A stretch of 54,289 nt of DNA. Origin: an uncultured Clostridia bacterium (GTDB taxonomy: Bacteria > Bacillota > Clostridia > TANB77 > CAG-508). The stretch lies in assembly GCA_947628825.1 (NCBI GenBank), contig CANRBH010000005.1:1-54289 (forward strand), in the 5' to 3' direction. The position numbers were made by a program, and so were the translations under genes. The notes under the pieces were generated by a model, which made no database searches, was not told the DNA's origin, and was given only the letters and a program-made list of their open reading frames with translations. How positions within the stretch are numbered: position 1 is the stretch's first letter; every line of letters starts with the position of its first letter. Shown piece after piece: positions 10,320-21,700 of the stretch.

Positions 10320-11318
10320 TCAATTTATAATAGTAAAAAAAATTTTTTTATTTTTTATAAAAATTTTGATTTTTTTATTTAGTTCCATAAATTTATTTCC
10401 AACATTATTTTCTGCTAATTTAATGATGTCATCAACATTAGTTTTTTCAACGTTTCTAGTGTTTCCCACTAATTCATTTATTGTATAAAGAACTAATTTT
10501 TGTTTGATAGTTTTTGATTCATTATTAAAATCTTTTAGTTCAAAGCTGATTCCTCCTACGGAGATTTGACTTGTAGCCTTGTAAACTTTCTCTGTATAAC
10601 TATTTACGAAGTCATTTTCCTCTTTTACTATTTTTGATATTCTGCTCAATGCTTCTTCTACATTAGGATTTATTTGTCTTAAAATAGGCAAAACTTCGTT
10701 TCTTATTATGTTTCTATTATATATGTTTTCTTTATTTGTACTATCTATTCTTGGATTTAAGTTATATTTGTCGCAATAAGCTTCTATTTCTTTCCTTGAT
10801 ATATCAATAAATGGTCTAATATATTTATTGCTTTCAATAGGTTGTATACCTTCTAGGCCAGTAAGTCCTGAGCCCCTTGTTAAGTTTAACAAAATAGTTT
10901 CTGCATTATCATTTTTATTATGTGCTATTGCTATTTTATTAGCTCCTTCTTTTTTTAATACTTCATCAAAAAAATTATATCTAACTATTCTCCCTGTTTC
11001 TTCTGTCCCCTTTTTTAATTTTTTTGACAAGTCAATTATATTTTCTCTTTTTTTATAAAAAGGAATTTTAAGATTTTCACATACGTTTTCCACAAATTTT
11101 TCATCATCTGTGGAATCTTCTCTAATTAGATGGTTAATATGAGCACATACAATTTTATATTTTAGATTTTCTTTAAATTTATTTAAGCACCATAAAAGAG
11201 CAATAGAGTCTGGGCCTCCTGAAACCCCGACTACTATTACATCATTTTCTTTTATTAAATTATTTTCTTTAACTGTTTTTAAGAATTTCTCTTCTAGTAC
11301 ATCTAATCTTTTAGCCAT
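10320..11318 (-). CDS. tilS: tRNA(Ile)-lysidine synthetase (short form)
   Basis: SGGPDS PP-loop, HINHLIR, AHNKND, RN.IR. Confidence 0.93.
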   Translation of the reverse strand: MAKRLDVLEEKFLKTVKENNLIKENDVIVVGVSGGPDSIALLWCLNKFKENLKYKIVCAHINHLIREDSTDDEKFVENVCENLKIPFYKKRENIIDLSKKLKKGTEETGRIVRYNFFDEVLKKEGANKIAIAHNKNDNAETILLNLTRGSGLTGLEGIQPIESNKYIRPFIDISRKEIEAYCDKYNLNPRIDSTNKENIYNRNIIRNEVLPILRQINPNVEEALSRISKIVKEENDFVNSYTEKVYKATSQISVGGISFELKDFNNESKTIKQKLVLYTINELVGNTRNVEKTNVDDIIKLAENNVGNKFMELNKKIKIFIKNKKIFFTIIN

Positions 11319-11335
11319 TTTCTTATCCTTTTTTA

Positions 11336-11475
11336 TTTTAAAAATATAATAGTTGCAGCTACCGCGCAGCGACCAACCGGAGCGTTAGCGTAGGGCGAAT
11401 GAAGCAAATTACATACAAGTATTTATAATATGGAATTTGCGACAGCAAGGTGCTAATACTATTATATTTTTAAAA
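11336..11475. repeat. 140-bp MITE/REP-like structured element with perfect 18-bp terminal inverted repeats
   Basis: TTTTAAAAATATAATAGT (11336-11353) / ACTATTATATTTTTAAAA (11458-11475); GC-rich core and internal GCAAATT/AATTTGC hairpin. Confidence 0.65.
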
Positions 11476-11476
11476 C

Positions 11477-12802
11477 TTAACCATTATATTTATTAGCGAA
11501 CTTTGTATAATTTGGCATCCACAATAATTCAACTGGACCAACTGGACCACTTCTATTTTTAGCTATTATTATTTCAGCAATATTGGTTTGCTCTGCTTGT
11601 GGATTATAGTAATCATCTCTATATATAAATATAACCATATCTGCATCTTGCTCTATTGAACCCGATTCACGTAAATCTTGAAGCATTGGTCTATGGTCTG
11701 TTCTTGCTTCTGGGGCACGTGATAGTTGTGACAATGCTATTACTGGTACTTCTATATCTTTTGCTAATATTTTTAATGATCTACTTATTTCTGCTATTTC
11801 TTGCTCACGACTATTTGATTTTCCGCTTCCTGTAATAAGTTGCAAGTAATCTATTACAACTAGTCCAATATTTTTTTCTACTTTTAATTTTCTACACTTT
11901 GCTCTAATTTCTGCAACAGTTATGTCCGGCGTGTCATCTATAAATATTCCAGCCGATTCTGATAATTCTCCTGATGCAACAGCAAGTTTGGTCCATTCAT
12001 CATCATTTATTTCACCTTTTTGAACTTTACTGCTATCAACCATTGCTTGAGCGCATAATATTCTGTTAGCGCATTGTTCTTTTGACATTTCTAAACTAAA
12101 TACTACAACTGGAGTATTTGCTCCTATTGCCGCATTAGTTGCAATATTAAGTGCAAAAGCTGTTTTTCCCATTGCAGGTCTTGCTGCTACAAGTATTAAT
12201 TCTGATTTATGAAATCCTGCTGTTTTGTTATCTAAATCAATAAATCCTGTTGATACACCTGTTATATGTTGCTTTTGATTATATAATTCTTGTAATTCTG
12301 TAAATGAATCTACTAATATATCTTTAATGGATTCATATCCTTTTTGAGATTTTCTTTGCATAATATCAAAAATCTTTTTTTCTGCACTATCCATAATTGT
12401 TTCTATTTCTTCATTTTGACTATAGCCAAGATTTATTAGTTCATTTGCAGTTTTAATCAAATTTCTTAGTAGAGATTTTTCTTCAACTATTTTTACATAC
12501 TTTTCGACATTTGCAGTTGTTGGAACTTTATCTGGCAAGCTTGCTAAATACTCCAATCCTCCTACGGCTTCAAGCTTTCCCATAGATGTTAATTCATCTT
12601 TTAATGTAATAATATCTACTGGTTCTCCTTTGCCATATATATTCATAGTAGCTTCATAAATTGTACTATTATCGTTTCTATAAAAGTCTTCTGGTCTTAA
12701 TACTTCAATTGCTGCTACTACAGCTTCTTTATCTGTAAGCATACTTCCAAGAACAGCTTGTTCAGCTTCATCATCATGTGGTGGTATTTTTTCTATCTCC
12801 AT
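11477..12802 (-). CDS. dnaB: replicative DNA helicase
   Basis: PPH..EAEQAVLG, AARPAMGKT, IDYLQL, DLRESGSIEQDAD. Confidence 0.97.
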   Translation of the reverse strand: MEIEKIPPHDDEAEQAVLGSMLTDKEAVVAAIEVLRPEDFYRNDNSTIYEATMNIYGKGEPVDIITLKDELTSMGKLEAVGGLEYLASLPDKVPTTANVEKYVKIVEEKSLLRNLIKTANELINLGYSQNEEIETIMDSAEKKIFDIMQRKSQKGYESIKDILVDSFTELQELYNQKQHITGVSTGFIDLDNKTAGFHKSELILVAARPAMGKTAFALNIATNAAIGANTPVVVFSLEMSKEQCANRILCAQAMVDSSKVQKGEINDDEWTKLAVASGELSESAGIFIDDTPDITVAEIRAKCRKLKVEKNIGLVVIDYLQLITGSGKSNSREQEIAEISRSLKILAKDIEVPVIALSQLSRAPEARTDHRPMLQDLRESGSIEQDADMVIFIYRDDYYNPQAEQTNIAEIIIAKNRSGPVGPVELLWMPNYTKFANKYNG

Positions 12803-12853
12803 ATTCTAATTCTAGTCCCTTCCTAAAAAATTTAATTGTAGTTATTTTTCAAT

Positions 12854-13300
12854 TTATTCTCCAACTACACTTACCCTTAATTTTCCTATTATTCCTTCAA
12901 AAAGCTTTAAATCTACTGTAAACATTCCAACATTTTTTATTGTTTCTTTAAGGTCTATTTTCTTTTTGTCTAAGTCTATTTTGTAATCTTTTTTTAGTCT
13001 TTCTGATATTTCTTTTGATGTAACTCCACCAAATATTTTTCCATTTTCTCCAGCTTTTACAGAAATTTTTAAGGTTATTTTACTTAGTTTTTCTTTTAAT
13101 TCTAAAGCTGCTTTTTTGTCTTCTTCTTTCTTAAATGCTCTTGAGTCTTGTTTTGCTTTTAGTTTGGATAGATTACTGTTGTTTGCTTCTACAGCTAATT
13201 TTTTAGGTAATAAAAAATTTCTAGCATATCCATCATTTGCATTTATTATTTCATCTTTTTTTCCTACACCTTTTACATTATCTAATAAAATAACTTTCAT
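12854..13300 (-). CDS. rplI: 50S ribosomal protein L9
   Basis: [19 protein letters not shown]; gdpP-rplI-dnaB synteny. Confidence 0.96.
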   Translation of the reverse strand: MKVILLDNVKGVGKKDEIINANDGYARNFLLPKKLAVEANNSNLSKLKAKQDSRAFKKEEDKKAALELKEKLSKITLKISVKAGENGKIFGGVTSKEISERLKKDYKIDLDKKKIDLKETIKNVGMFTVDLKLFEGIIGKLRVSVVGE

Positions 13301-13348
13301 AGACTACTCTCCTTTTTTTATTTTTTATAACTATATTTATAATGAATT

Positions 13349-15376
13349 CTAGTTTTCCATTTCAAAGAAATATTCATTTATCCTATTTATTAGTTCCTGC
13401 TTAGCATCCTCTAAAGACATATTTTCAAGTTGTGCTCCTGCTAATGTAATATGTCCTCCTCCTCCAAGTTTTTCTAATATTATTTGGACATTTATATCTC
13501 CAATTGATCTACCACTAATATATACTTTATCATCTTTTTTTCCTAATACAAATGATGCTGTTATTCCTCCTATTGTTAAAAGTTCATCTGCTGCTTTTGC
13601 TGCAATAATGTTTGCATTTTCGTCTTCATTTTCATACATAGAAATTGCTATGTTTTCATTTATTATCTCTGATTTAGATACTATGTTTGAAATTGCTTGA
13701 TATGTTTCTAAATCACTTTGGAACCATTTTTTTACTTTAATAATATCAACACCACATTTTCTTAAATATGCTGCTGCTTCAAATGTTCTTACACCTGTTT
13801 TAAATGTGAAGTTTTTAGTATCAAGCATAATTCCTGCATATAAAGCTTCTATTTCTAAAGTTGTAAGTTCTATATTTTCTTGTGAATATTCCAATATTTC
13901 AGTAACTAACTCTGATGCAGATGATGCATATACCTCATGGAACATAAGTACTGCGTCTTCAATATAATCTGTACTTCTTCTATGGTGGTCTATTACAACT
14001 ACTCTTGATACCATCTCTAATAATTCAGGAGATTCAACATAATTTTTCTTATTTGTGTCCACTACAATTAAAAGAGAATTTGGCTTTACTAGATTTTTGG
14101 CTTCTTCAACTGTTACAAAACATTCTGTATATTCTTCTTCTTTTTTGGCTGTTTCTATAAATTTCTCTAATCCTATTCCTGTTCCTTCATTGACTATTTT
14201 AGCTTCTTTTCCTAATGTTTTAGATAGTCTATATAATCCCATTGAAGAACCTATTGAGTCCATATCTCCATTTGAATGTCCCATTAAGATAACATTGTCT
14301 GATTCTTGTATAAGTTCTTTTAACGCGTGTGATACCATTCTTGCTTTTACTTTTGTTCTTTTTTCTACTTCTTGAGTTCTTCCTCCAAAGAATTCGAATT
14401 TTCCGTCTATTTTTACTATTGCTTGATCTCCACCTCTACCTAATGCTATATCAATAACTGCTCTAGTTGAAGATAATTTCTCAACAAAAGTTTCACCATC
14501 ATCAGAAAATGCAATACTTAATGTTGGTTGACTTATTTCAGATATATCAACTTCTGGTAACTTAATATCTTTAATGTCATCTAATATTGTCATTTTATCT
14601 TCTTTAGCTTGTTGCAAATATTTCTGCTCTATTATACAGTATAATGTATCTCTATCTGCTTTTATAATTAAGGCATTATATTTATTAGCCCAGTCATAGA
14701 TTGTTTTTTCGACTTGTGTTGTAATAAGTGGTCTTACTTCATCAGATATTCTTTGACTTATTTCTTCATAATTATCTATCATAATGATACCAATGCATAT
14801 ATCATCATCTTCTGCTTTTTGTTCTAATTTTTTTGTATATGTGTTATCTATAAAGTATAGTATTGTTGTATATTCTTGTTCTTTTTTATGTTGCTTTTTT
14901 GATTTTACATATGAACCTAAAATTGAATAATCTTTTCCTTCTATTTTAGTTTCTAAATCAATATTTCCTTTTTCTTTATTTTCAGAATTTTCTATTGTAA
15001 GCTTAATGTCTTTAAGTATTTCATTTAATCTGTCATTTATATTAACTTCGTTAAATTCTTGAACAAATTTTTCACTTTTCCAAATAAGATTTCCTGTTGT
15101 TTCTACCATAACTAGTGGAAATGGTGAGTTTATTAAGGTAGTTTTTGCTGTGTTGTTAACATCTAAAGTTAAATCTTTTAATTGTTCTGATAATTCAGCT
15201 TTTCTTTTCTTGTTTGACCAATTTGTATATAATAATATTATTGTGTATAACCCTATTCCAGCTGGTATAAGTCTTATTTGCAATGCACAAATAATAGCAA
15301 TTAGTATTGCTATTATTACTAAGTATATTTTTGTTCTAGATATATACTTTTCTATTTTCTTATTACCGTTCGGCAT
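13349..15376 (-). CDS. gdpP: c-di-AMP phosphodiesterase (TM-PAS-degenerate GGDEF-DHH/DHHA1)
   Basis: RGGDQ, GHSNGDMDS, DHHRR, GGGGH; upstream of rplI. Confidence 0.92.
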   Translation of the reverse strand: MPNGNKKIEKYISRTKIYLVIIAILIAIICALQIRLIPAGIGLYTIILLYTNWSNKKRKAELSEQLKDLTLDVNNTAKTTLINSPFPLVMVETTGNLIWKSEKFVQEFNEVNINDRLNEILKDIKLTIENSENKEKGNIDLETKIEGKDYSILGSYVKSKKQHKKEQEYTTILYFIDNTYTKKLEQKAEDDDICIGIIMIDNYEEISQRISDEVRPLITTQVEKTIYDWANKYNALIIKADRDTLYCIIEQKYLQQAKEDKMTILDDIKDIKLPEVDISEISQPTLSIAFSDDGETFVEKLSSTRAVIDIALGRGGDQAIVKIDGKFEFFGGRTQEVEKRTKVKARMVSHALKELIQESDNVILMGHSNGDMDSIGSSMGLYRLSKTLGKEAKIVNEGTGIGLEKFIETAKKEEEYTECFVTVEEAKNLVKPNSLLIVVDTNKKNYVESPELLEMVSRVVVIDHHRRSTDYIEDAVLMFHEVYASSASELVTEILEYSQENIELTTLEIEALYAGIMLDTKNFTFKTGVRTFEAAAYLRKCGVDIIKVKKWFQSDLETYQAISNIVSKSEIINENIAISMYENEDENANIIAAKAADELLTIGGITASFVLGKKDDKVYISGRSIGDINVQIILEKLGGGGHITLAGAQLENMSLEDAKQELINRINEYFFEMEN

Positions 15377-15431
15377 ATATTCTTTTATCTCCTAACTAAT
15401 TGTATATTTTGTTTACAATTATACAGTATAT

Positions 15432-15460
15432 ATTTTACTATTTTTTTAAGCTTTTGTCAA
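15432..15460 (-). promoter_or_regulatory. sigma-A promoter of gdpP-rplI-dnaB operon
   Basis: TTGACA-17 bp-TAAAAT on minus strand. Confidence 0.7.
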
Positions 15461-15482
15461 TTTTAGTTTTATTTACATAATG

Positions 15483-15511
15483 TTGACACTTTGCCTAAAT
15501 TATAGTATAAT
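15483..15511 (+). promoter_or_regulatory. consensus sigma-A promoter
   Basis: TTGACA-17 bp-TATAAT. Confidence 0.8.
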
Positions 15512-15617
15512 ACTCTTGTTTATTATCATAATTGTATCCCTCTTGGGATACTACAAAAAAGAAAGGAGAATATTTTATTAACGCCTAAAAATACAACACA
15601 CATGGAGGTAAACAAAC

Positions 15618-17303
15618 ATGTCTAGACGGAAATTAAACAAAAAAGGCATTGCTGTTGTTAGCATTGCTGTCGTTCTCATCCTTGCTCTTCTCAGCTTTTT
15701 GGTGTTTAAGTTCGTTTTGCCCCTCTTTTCGGGTAATAACAGCACCAAAGGAGATAATCTAGGCTCTTCTGACTTTTCTATGAGTGGCGATGTTTCAGAT
15801 GATCCTCAAGATGTTTCCGATGTCGGTTCTACTAATTCCGATACTAATGTAACAACACAAAATAATGATAATAGCTCTGATGCCACTGTAGTTTCCACTG
15901 ATTCTCGCGTTAAAGTTCGCGGTGTGTTCAATACCTTTGGTGGCTACACCTCTGCTATTGTCGCTAACGGTGGTTTGACTACACAGGAAGGCTCCTACTA
16001 CGATAAGGCTGGGCTTGATGTTACCCTTGGGATTGAGGATGAAGATGATGTTATTGTTCAATCGTTCATTGATGGTGACATTGACTTCTTCTTTATGACC
16101 GTTAATAAGATGCCCATTGTCTGCAAACGTTTTATTGATAATGGCATCGATGTGGTCATTCCCTATTTCAGTGACACTTCCACCGGTGGTGATGGCATTG
16201 TCGTTCGTAACGAGTTTGACTCTGTGCTTTCCTTGCAAAATGCTCGGATTGCCATGGCTCGTAACTCTGTTTCCACGGCTATTCCTCTTTGGTTCTTCAA
16301 TAACAATGATTTGGATCCTTCGACAGTTCAAACCATTGCAAGCAATTTCCAGATGTACGATTCCACTCAAGAAGCTGTTGATGCTTTCATCGCTGGTGAA
16401 GCTGATGCTGTTTCCACTTGGGATATGACTACCGCTCTTTCTGCGGAAAACAGTCATCTGCTTTTTTCCACTGCTGAGGGTGAAAATCTTGTCATCGATG
16501 CATTGATCGTTAATAAAGCATTTGCTGATGCACATCCTAATGCTGTTACCAGTCTTATTGATGGTTGTATTTCTGCTGTAAACGATGTTGCATCTGGCAA
16601 CAAAGTCAGTGAGTCCTATGATGCTATTCGTGCATCTGTTCCAGATTTTGCTGACTACGATGATGAAACAATGGCTTCTGTTTTGGCAGACTCCAAATGG
16701 CTTGGCTATGAAAGAAATGTTGAAGTCTTTTCTATTGCTTCTGGTATCTACACTGACTTTTCTGCTATTTGGGATCAGCTCGGTGAAGAAACAGCTCCTG
16801 AATATGTAACCAACCTTTTTGATCAGAAGTATCTTAATGCTCTATCTAGTAAATGGTCTAATGATAGTTCTGAGATTAGCAGTTCTGTTAATGCCAATGA
16901 TATTGACATTGCAGAACGTGAAGCTCTTATCAGAAATATTGCTTTGATTACCTTTGAACCCGACTCTGCTGAATTCAAAAGAGATGAGTTGGAGAAAAAC
17001 TATGAGCTGATGGATAACTTCATTAAGAATGCAAAAATTCTCAATGGTATGGTTATCAGTCTTGAGGGCAATGTTTCTCTTGATCATGGTCAAAAGAGTT
17101 CTCAGTTTTCCTATACGCTATCTCAAATGCGTGCTGATGCCGTAAAAGATTATATGGTTGCAAACGGCATCGAAGCTAGTCGTATCATTACTAAAGGTAA
17201 TGGCGGTGATAAACCGTATTACGAGTTTGTAGATGCAAGCGATGAAAACTTTGCAAAGAACCGCAACGTTGTGATGTCCATCTATTCTGGTCTTAACGAA
17301 TAA
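15618..17303 (+). CDS. membrane-anchored ABC-type (NMT1/SsuA-like) substrate-binding domain fused to C-terminal OmpA-like domain
   Basis: SD GGAGG; N-terminal TM, Ser/Asp linker, DTSTGGDGIV, C-terminal LSQMRADAVKDY...G.G..KP...NRNV. Confidence 0.75.
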   Translation: MSRRKLNKKGIAVVSIAVVLILALLSFLVFKFVLPLFSGNNSTKGDNLGSSDFSMSGDVSDDPQDVSDVGSTNSDTNVTTQNNDNSSDATVVSTDSRVKVRGVFNTFGGYTSAIVANGGLTTQEGSYYDKAGLDVTLGIEDEDDVIVQSFIDGDIDFFFMTVNKMPIVCKRFIDNGIDVVIPYFSDTSTGGDGIVVRNEFDSVLSLQNARIAMARNSVSTAIPLWFFNNNDLDPSTVQTIASNFQMYDSTQEAVDAFIAGEADAVSTWDMTTALSAENSHLLFSTAEGENLVIDALIVNKAFADAHPNAVTSLIDGCISAVNDVASGNKVSESYDAIRASVPDFADYDDETMASVLADSKWLGYERNVEVFSIASGIYTDFSAIWDQLGEETAPEYVTNLFDQKYLNALSSKWSNDSSEISSSVNANDIDIAEREALIRNIALITFEPDSAEFKRDELEKNYELMDNFIKNAKILNGMVISLEGNVSLDHGQKSSQFSYTLSQMRADAVKDYMVANGIEASRIITKGNGGDKPYYEFVDASDENFAKNRNVVMSIYSGLNE

Positions 17304-17349
17304 CCGAATTTTCTTTTATCACAAGATTTACATTCATATTCCCTTTGCG

Positions 17350-17381
17350 CTCCCTTTCCATTTTGGAAAGGGAGTTATTTT
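17350..17381 (+). terminator. intrinsic terminator
   Basis: CTCCCTTTCCA/TGGAAAGGGAG stem + T-rich tail. Confidence 0.8.
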
Positions 17382-17467
17382 ATCATCTTTAGCAAATACT
17401 ATTTTCAAAAATAACTATATTTATGTAATTAACATTTATTACTTTGAATAGTAACTTTTTTATACTC

Positions 17468-17496
17468 TTGAAAAGTTTACGTAATTATGCTATAAT
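17468..17496 (+). promoter_or_regulatory. sigma-A promoter
   Basis: TTGAAA-17 bp-TATAAT with extended TG. Confidence 0.7.
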
Positions 17497-17552
17497 AAAA
17501 TAGTTAGTATAAAAAATATTATTTTTATATATTATTTTATTAAGGAGAAAAA

Positions 17553-18704
17553 ATGGGACTTTTTAATAGTATTATAAATTCATTAACTGATCCTGTAGAT
17601 GAAAGTCAATCTAAGCCTAAGAAGGGCTTTATTGACAGTTTATTTGTTGATGAATCTATGCCTGTAGAAAAGAAACCTGGAAAAATTCGCAGTTTTATAG
17701 ATAGTCTTTATGAAGATGAACCTCAAGTTAATTTTACAGATTCTGATGATGTAAATAATGCCTTTTCTAATCTATCTGGTAAAATAAAGGTTTATCAAAA
17801 AAAAATAAATATGCTTAGTATAGGAGTTAGTTCTATTTCAAATCCAGAGAACTTTTCTGGTTCACAAGAAGTAATAAACAATTACTGTGCCTTAGCTGAA
17901 AAATTCAAAGAATTAGAGCCTTATATGTCTGTTTCTGAACGTGATATAGATTCTTTTACACAGGCACAATTAGAAATAAAAATGAATGAATTTGAAAATT
18001 CATATAATAAACTAATTCCAACTGTTCAAACATTATGTTGGCTTAGCGAAACTACAAAGGCTAACCATGAAATGAAAACTCTTTATGATTCTGGTACTTT
18101 GAAAGAAATTACATACAGCAAGTTGGAAGAATTTTATGACTATATAATTCAAATAGTAAAAAATAAATCTACTTTTGAAGGATATAAAAAAGAACTTGTA
18201 GCCGAATTATTAAAGGCTGAATATAGATGGAAAATTTTAAAGTTAATGAGAGATATAGGTTCTAGGAATACTGAAATTTTAGAATCACCTTTTGCTAAAT
18301 CCGGAGATTTAAAGAAATCAGAATTTGAAAGATTTTTCTTAGAAGATTTTGACTCTCTTAGACAGCAGTGTGAAAATGTTTTTGGTTTAAAAAGACAGTA
18401 CATAGAAGAAGCACATATTTGTAGTAGTGAATACTTTGATAAGTTAGATAAAAAACAAGAAGCTATATTTTCAAGATTAAATCTTTTCATGATTGGAGAT
18501 TTTTCAATTAGTGAAATTTTTTCTCCTTCTGGAACTGGTTTTGAAACATTAAAAGATTTTCTTTCTTTAAAGTTGGATTTAAACACTTTAAAAAGCAAGT
18601 TTAGAGAGTATATAGAAAATACACCAATACGTCGTAGGACATCTAGTGATACAAAACGTAAGGCTTCGGACGATGATAGGGGTTGCAAAAAAAGAAATGA
18701 GTGA
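17553..18704 (+). CDS. hypothetical protein (helical, N-terminal F-I-D-S-L repeats)
   Basis: own promoter, SD AAGGAG, 383-aa ORF; no recognisable family. Confidence 0.75.
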   Translation: MGLFNSIINSLTDPVDESQSKPKKGFIDSLFVDESMPVEKKPGKIRSFIDSLYEDEPQVNFTDSDDVNNAFSNLSGKIKVYQKKINMLSIGVSSISNPENFSGSQEVINNYCALAEKFKELEPYMSVSERDIDSFTQAQLEIKMNEFENSYNKLIPTVQTLCWLSETTKANHEMKTLYDSGTLKEITYSKLEEFYDYIIQIVKNKSTFEGYKKELVAELLKAEYRWKILKLMRDIGSRNTEILESPFAKSGDLKKSEFERFFLEDFDSLRQQCENVFGLKRQYIEEAHICSSEYFDKLDKKQEAIFSRLNLFMIGDFSISEIFSPSGTGFETLKDFLSLKLDLNTLKSKFREYIENTPIRRRTSSDTKRKASDDDRGCKKRNE

Positions 18705-18724
18705 GATTTCTCATTTCTTTTTTT
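18687..18724. terminator. bidirectional terminator between hypothetical gene and rpoC
   Basis: AAAAAAGAAATGAG / CTCATTTCTTTTTT inverted repeat. Confidence 0.75.
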
Positions 18725-18736
18725 GTATTTATATTT

Positions 18737-21700
18737 TTACATAACTGCATTTTCTGTTTCTGAAGTTTTTGGTGCTTCTGCTTCTCCTTCAACATCTTCA
18801 GTACTAATATGTGTATTTTGATATCTTTGCATTCCTGTTCCTGATGGGATTAACTTACCAATAATAACATTTTCTTTTAATCCTATTAGGTTATCTACTT
18901 TTCCTTTTATTGCTGCTTCTGTTAGTACTTTTGTTGTTTCTTGGAATGATGCTGCTGATAAGAAACTTTCTGTTGCTAAAGATGCTTTTGTAATTCCAAG
19001 TAGTATTCTCTTTCCTTTAGCTGGTCTTTTTCCTTCTTCTTTTAATTTATTATTTATTTCTTCTAATTCATTCATATCTACTAGAGAACCTGGAAGAAGT
19101 GTACTATCTCCAGTATCTTCAATTCTTACTCTCTTAAGCATTTGTCTTGCAATTACTTCAATATGTTTATCATTTATATCAACACCTTGGTTTCTATAAA
19201 CTTTTTGTATTTCTTGAACTAGATATTCATGAACTCCATCAGGTCCTTTTATTGTTAATATTTCATTAGGATTTATTGAACCTTCTGTGATTGGATCACC
19301 AATCTCTACTTCATCACCATCTGATACACATAATTTAGAACCAAATGGTATTGAATATGTTTTACTATTATCTTTTGAAGTAACAGTAACTTGTTTCTTC
19401 TTCTTTTCTTCAGAAACTTTTACTTTTCCTGCTATTTCAGTGATTATAGCTAATCCCTTTGGTTTACGAGCTTCAAATAGCTCCTCAACTCTAGGAAGAC
19501 CTTGTGTGATATCTGCAACACCTGCAACACCACCTGAGTGAATAGTTCTCATTGTAAGCTGTGTACCAGGCTCACCAATTGATTGTGCTGCTATTGTTCC
19601 TATTGATTCTCCAATATTTACTCTTTCTCTTGTTGCCATACTCATACCATAACATTTTGCACATACTCCATGTTTTGTTTTACAATTTAATGGTGAACGT
19701 ACTTTTACTTTTTCTATTCCTAAGTCAACTATTTTATTTGCTACTGGCTCACTTATCATAGTATCTTTATCACATAGTACTTCTCCTGTTTCAGGATTTA
19801 CTATATCCTCTAGTGGATATCTACCAATTAATCTTTCTTGTAATTTTTCAATTACTTGATTTCCATCTTTAATTGCATAAACTTCAAGACCTTCGTTAGT
19901 TCCACAATCATCTTCTCTAACAATTATATCTTGAGAAACATCAACTAATCTTCTTGTTAAATATCCAGAGTCTGCTGTTCTTAAAGCAGTATCAGAAAGT
20001 CCTTTACGTGCACCGTGAGCAGAAATGAAGTATTCTAGTGAATCTAGTCCTTCACGGAATGATGACTTAATAGGAATCTCAACTGTTTTACCAGTTGTAC
20101 TTGCCATAAGTCCTCTCATACCTGCAACTTGTCTTAACTGGCTTATGTTACCACGAGCACCTGATTTTGACATCATAAATATTGGGTTTAAATCATCAAA
20201 GTTATTTTGCATTGCATCTGCAACATCATCTGTTGTCTTTTCCCAAATCTTAATTACGTTGTTGTAACGCTCACTATCTGTAATAAGACCACGTGCATAT
20301 TGTTTAGTAACATTTTCAACTTGTTTTTCACCTTCTAATAATAAATCTTTTTTAGCATCTGGTACTTTAACATCATCTATTGATACTGTCATACCAGCTG
20401 TTGTACAGTATTTATATCCTGTTGATTTAATATAGTCTAGAAGTTCAGCTGTTCTGTCTAGTCCGTGTACATATATACATTTATCAATTATTTGTTTTAA
20501 TTGTTTTTTAGCAACTGTAAAGTTTATTTCTAGTTCAAATTTATTCTTTTTATTAGATCTATCTACAAATCCTAAATCCTGTGGTATACCTTTATTATAA
20601 ATAATTCTACCAACTGTTGTTTCTACAAAGCCATGAGCTATTTCTTTTCCTTCTTCATCATATTCTGCCATTCTAACATGTACTTTTGCATGAACACCTA
20701 AGTCATGATTTGCATATGCCATCTCAGCTTCATCTGTTGATGAGAAATAGTTTCCAGCTCCTCTTGTTCCCTTTTTGTCTATTTCTTCTTCAGAATCATT
20801 TGGATCTGCTTCAACATCCATTGTTAGATAGTATGCACCTAATATCATATCTTGTGATGGTTCTGTTATTGGTGCACCATCTGTTGGTTTTAAAAGGTTA
20901 TTTGTTGAAAGCATTAAATATCTAGCTTCTGCTTGTGCTTCTGGTGATAATGGTAAGTGAATAGCCATTTGGTCACCATCAAAGTCTGCGTTAAATGCTG
21001 TACAAACTAATGGATGTAATTTTATTGCTCTACCTTCTACTAAAACTGGTTCAAATGCTTGAATTCCAAGTCTATGTAGTGTTGGAGCACGGTTTAGCAT
21101 AACTGGATGGTCTTTGATTACATCTTCTAATACTTCCCAAACAGCTGGGTCTAATCTTTCAACCATTCTCTTTGCATTCTTTATATTATGTGCTAAATTT
21201 CTTGAAACTAATTCCTTCATAACAAATGGTTTGAATAATTCAACTGCCATTTCCTTTGGAACACCACATTGATATATTTTTAGTTCTGGTCCTACAACGA
21301 TAACAGAACGTCCTGAATAGTCAACACGTTTTCCAAGTAGGTTTTGACGGAATCTTCCTTGTTTTCCTTTAAGCATATCTGATAATGATTTTAAAGGTCT
21401 TCCACCAGCACCTGTTACTGGTCTTCCACGTCTTCCATTATCTATTAGGGCATCAACAGATTCTTGTAACATACGTTTTTCATTTCTTACAATAATTTCT
21501 GGTGCTCCTAATTCTAGTAATCTCTTTAATCTGTTATTTCTATTTATAACTCTTCTATATAAGTCATTTAAATCAGATGTTGCAAATCTTCCACCATCTA
21601 ATTGAACCATTGGTCTTAAATCTGGTGGAATTACTGGTATAACATTCATTACCATCCATTCTGGTTTGTTTCCTGATGTTTTAAATGCTTCTATAGTATC

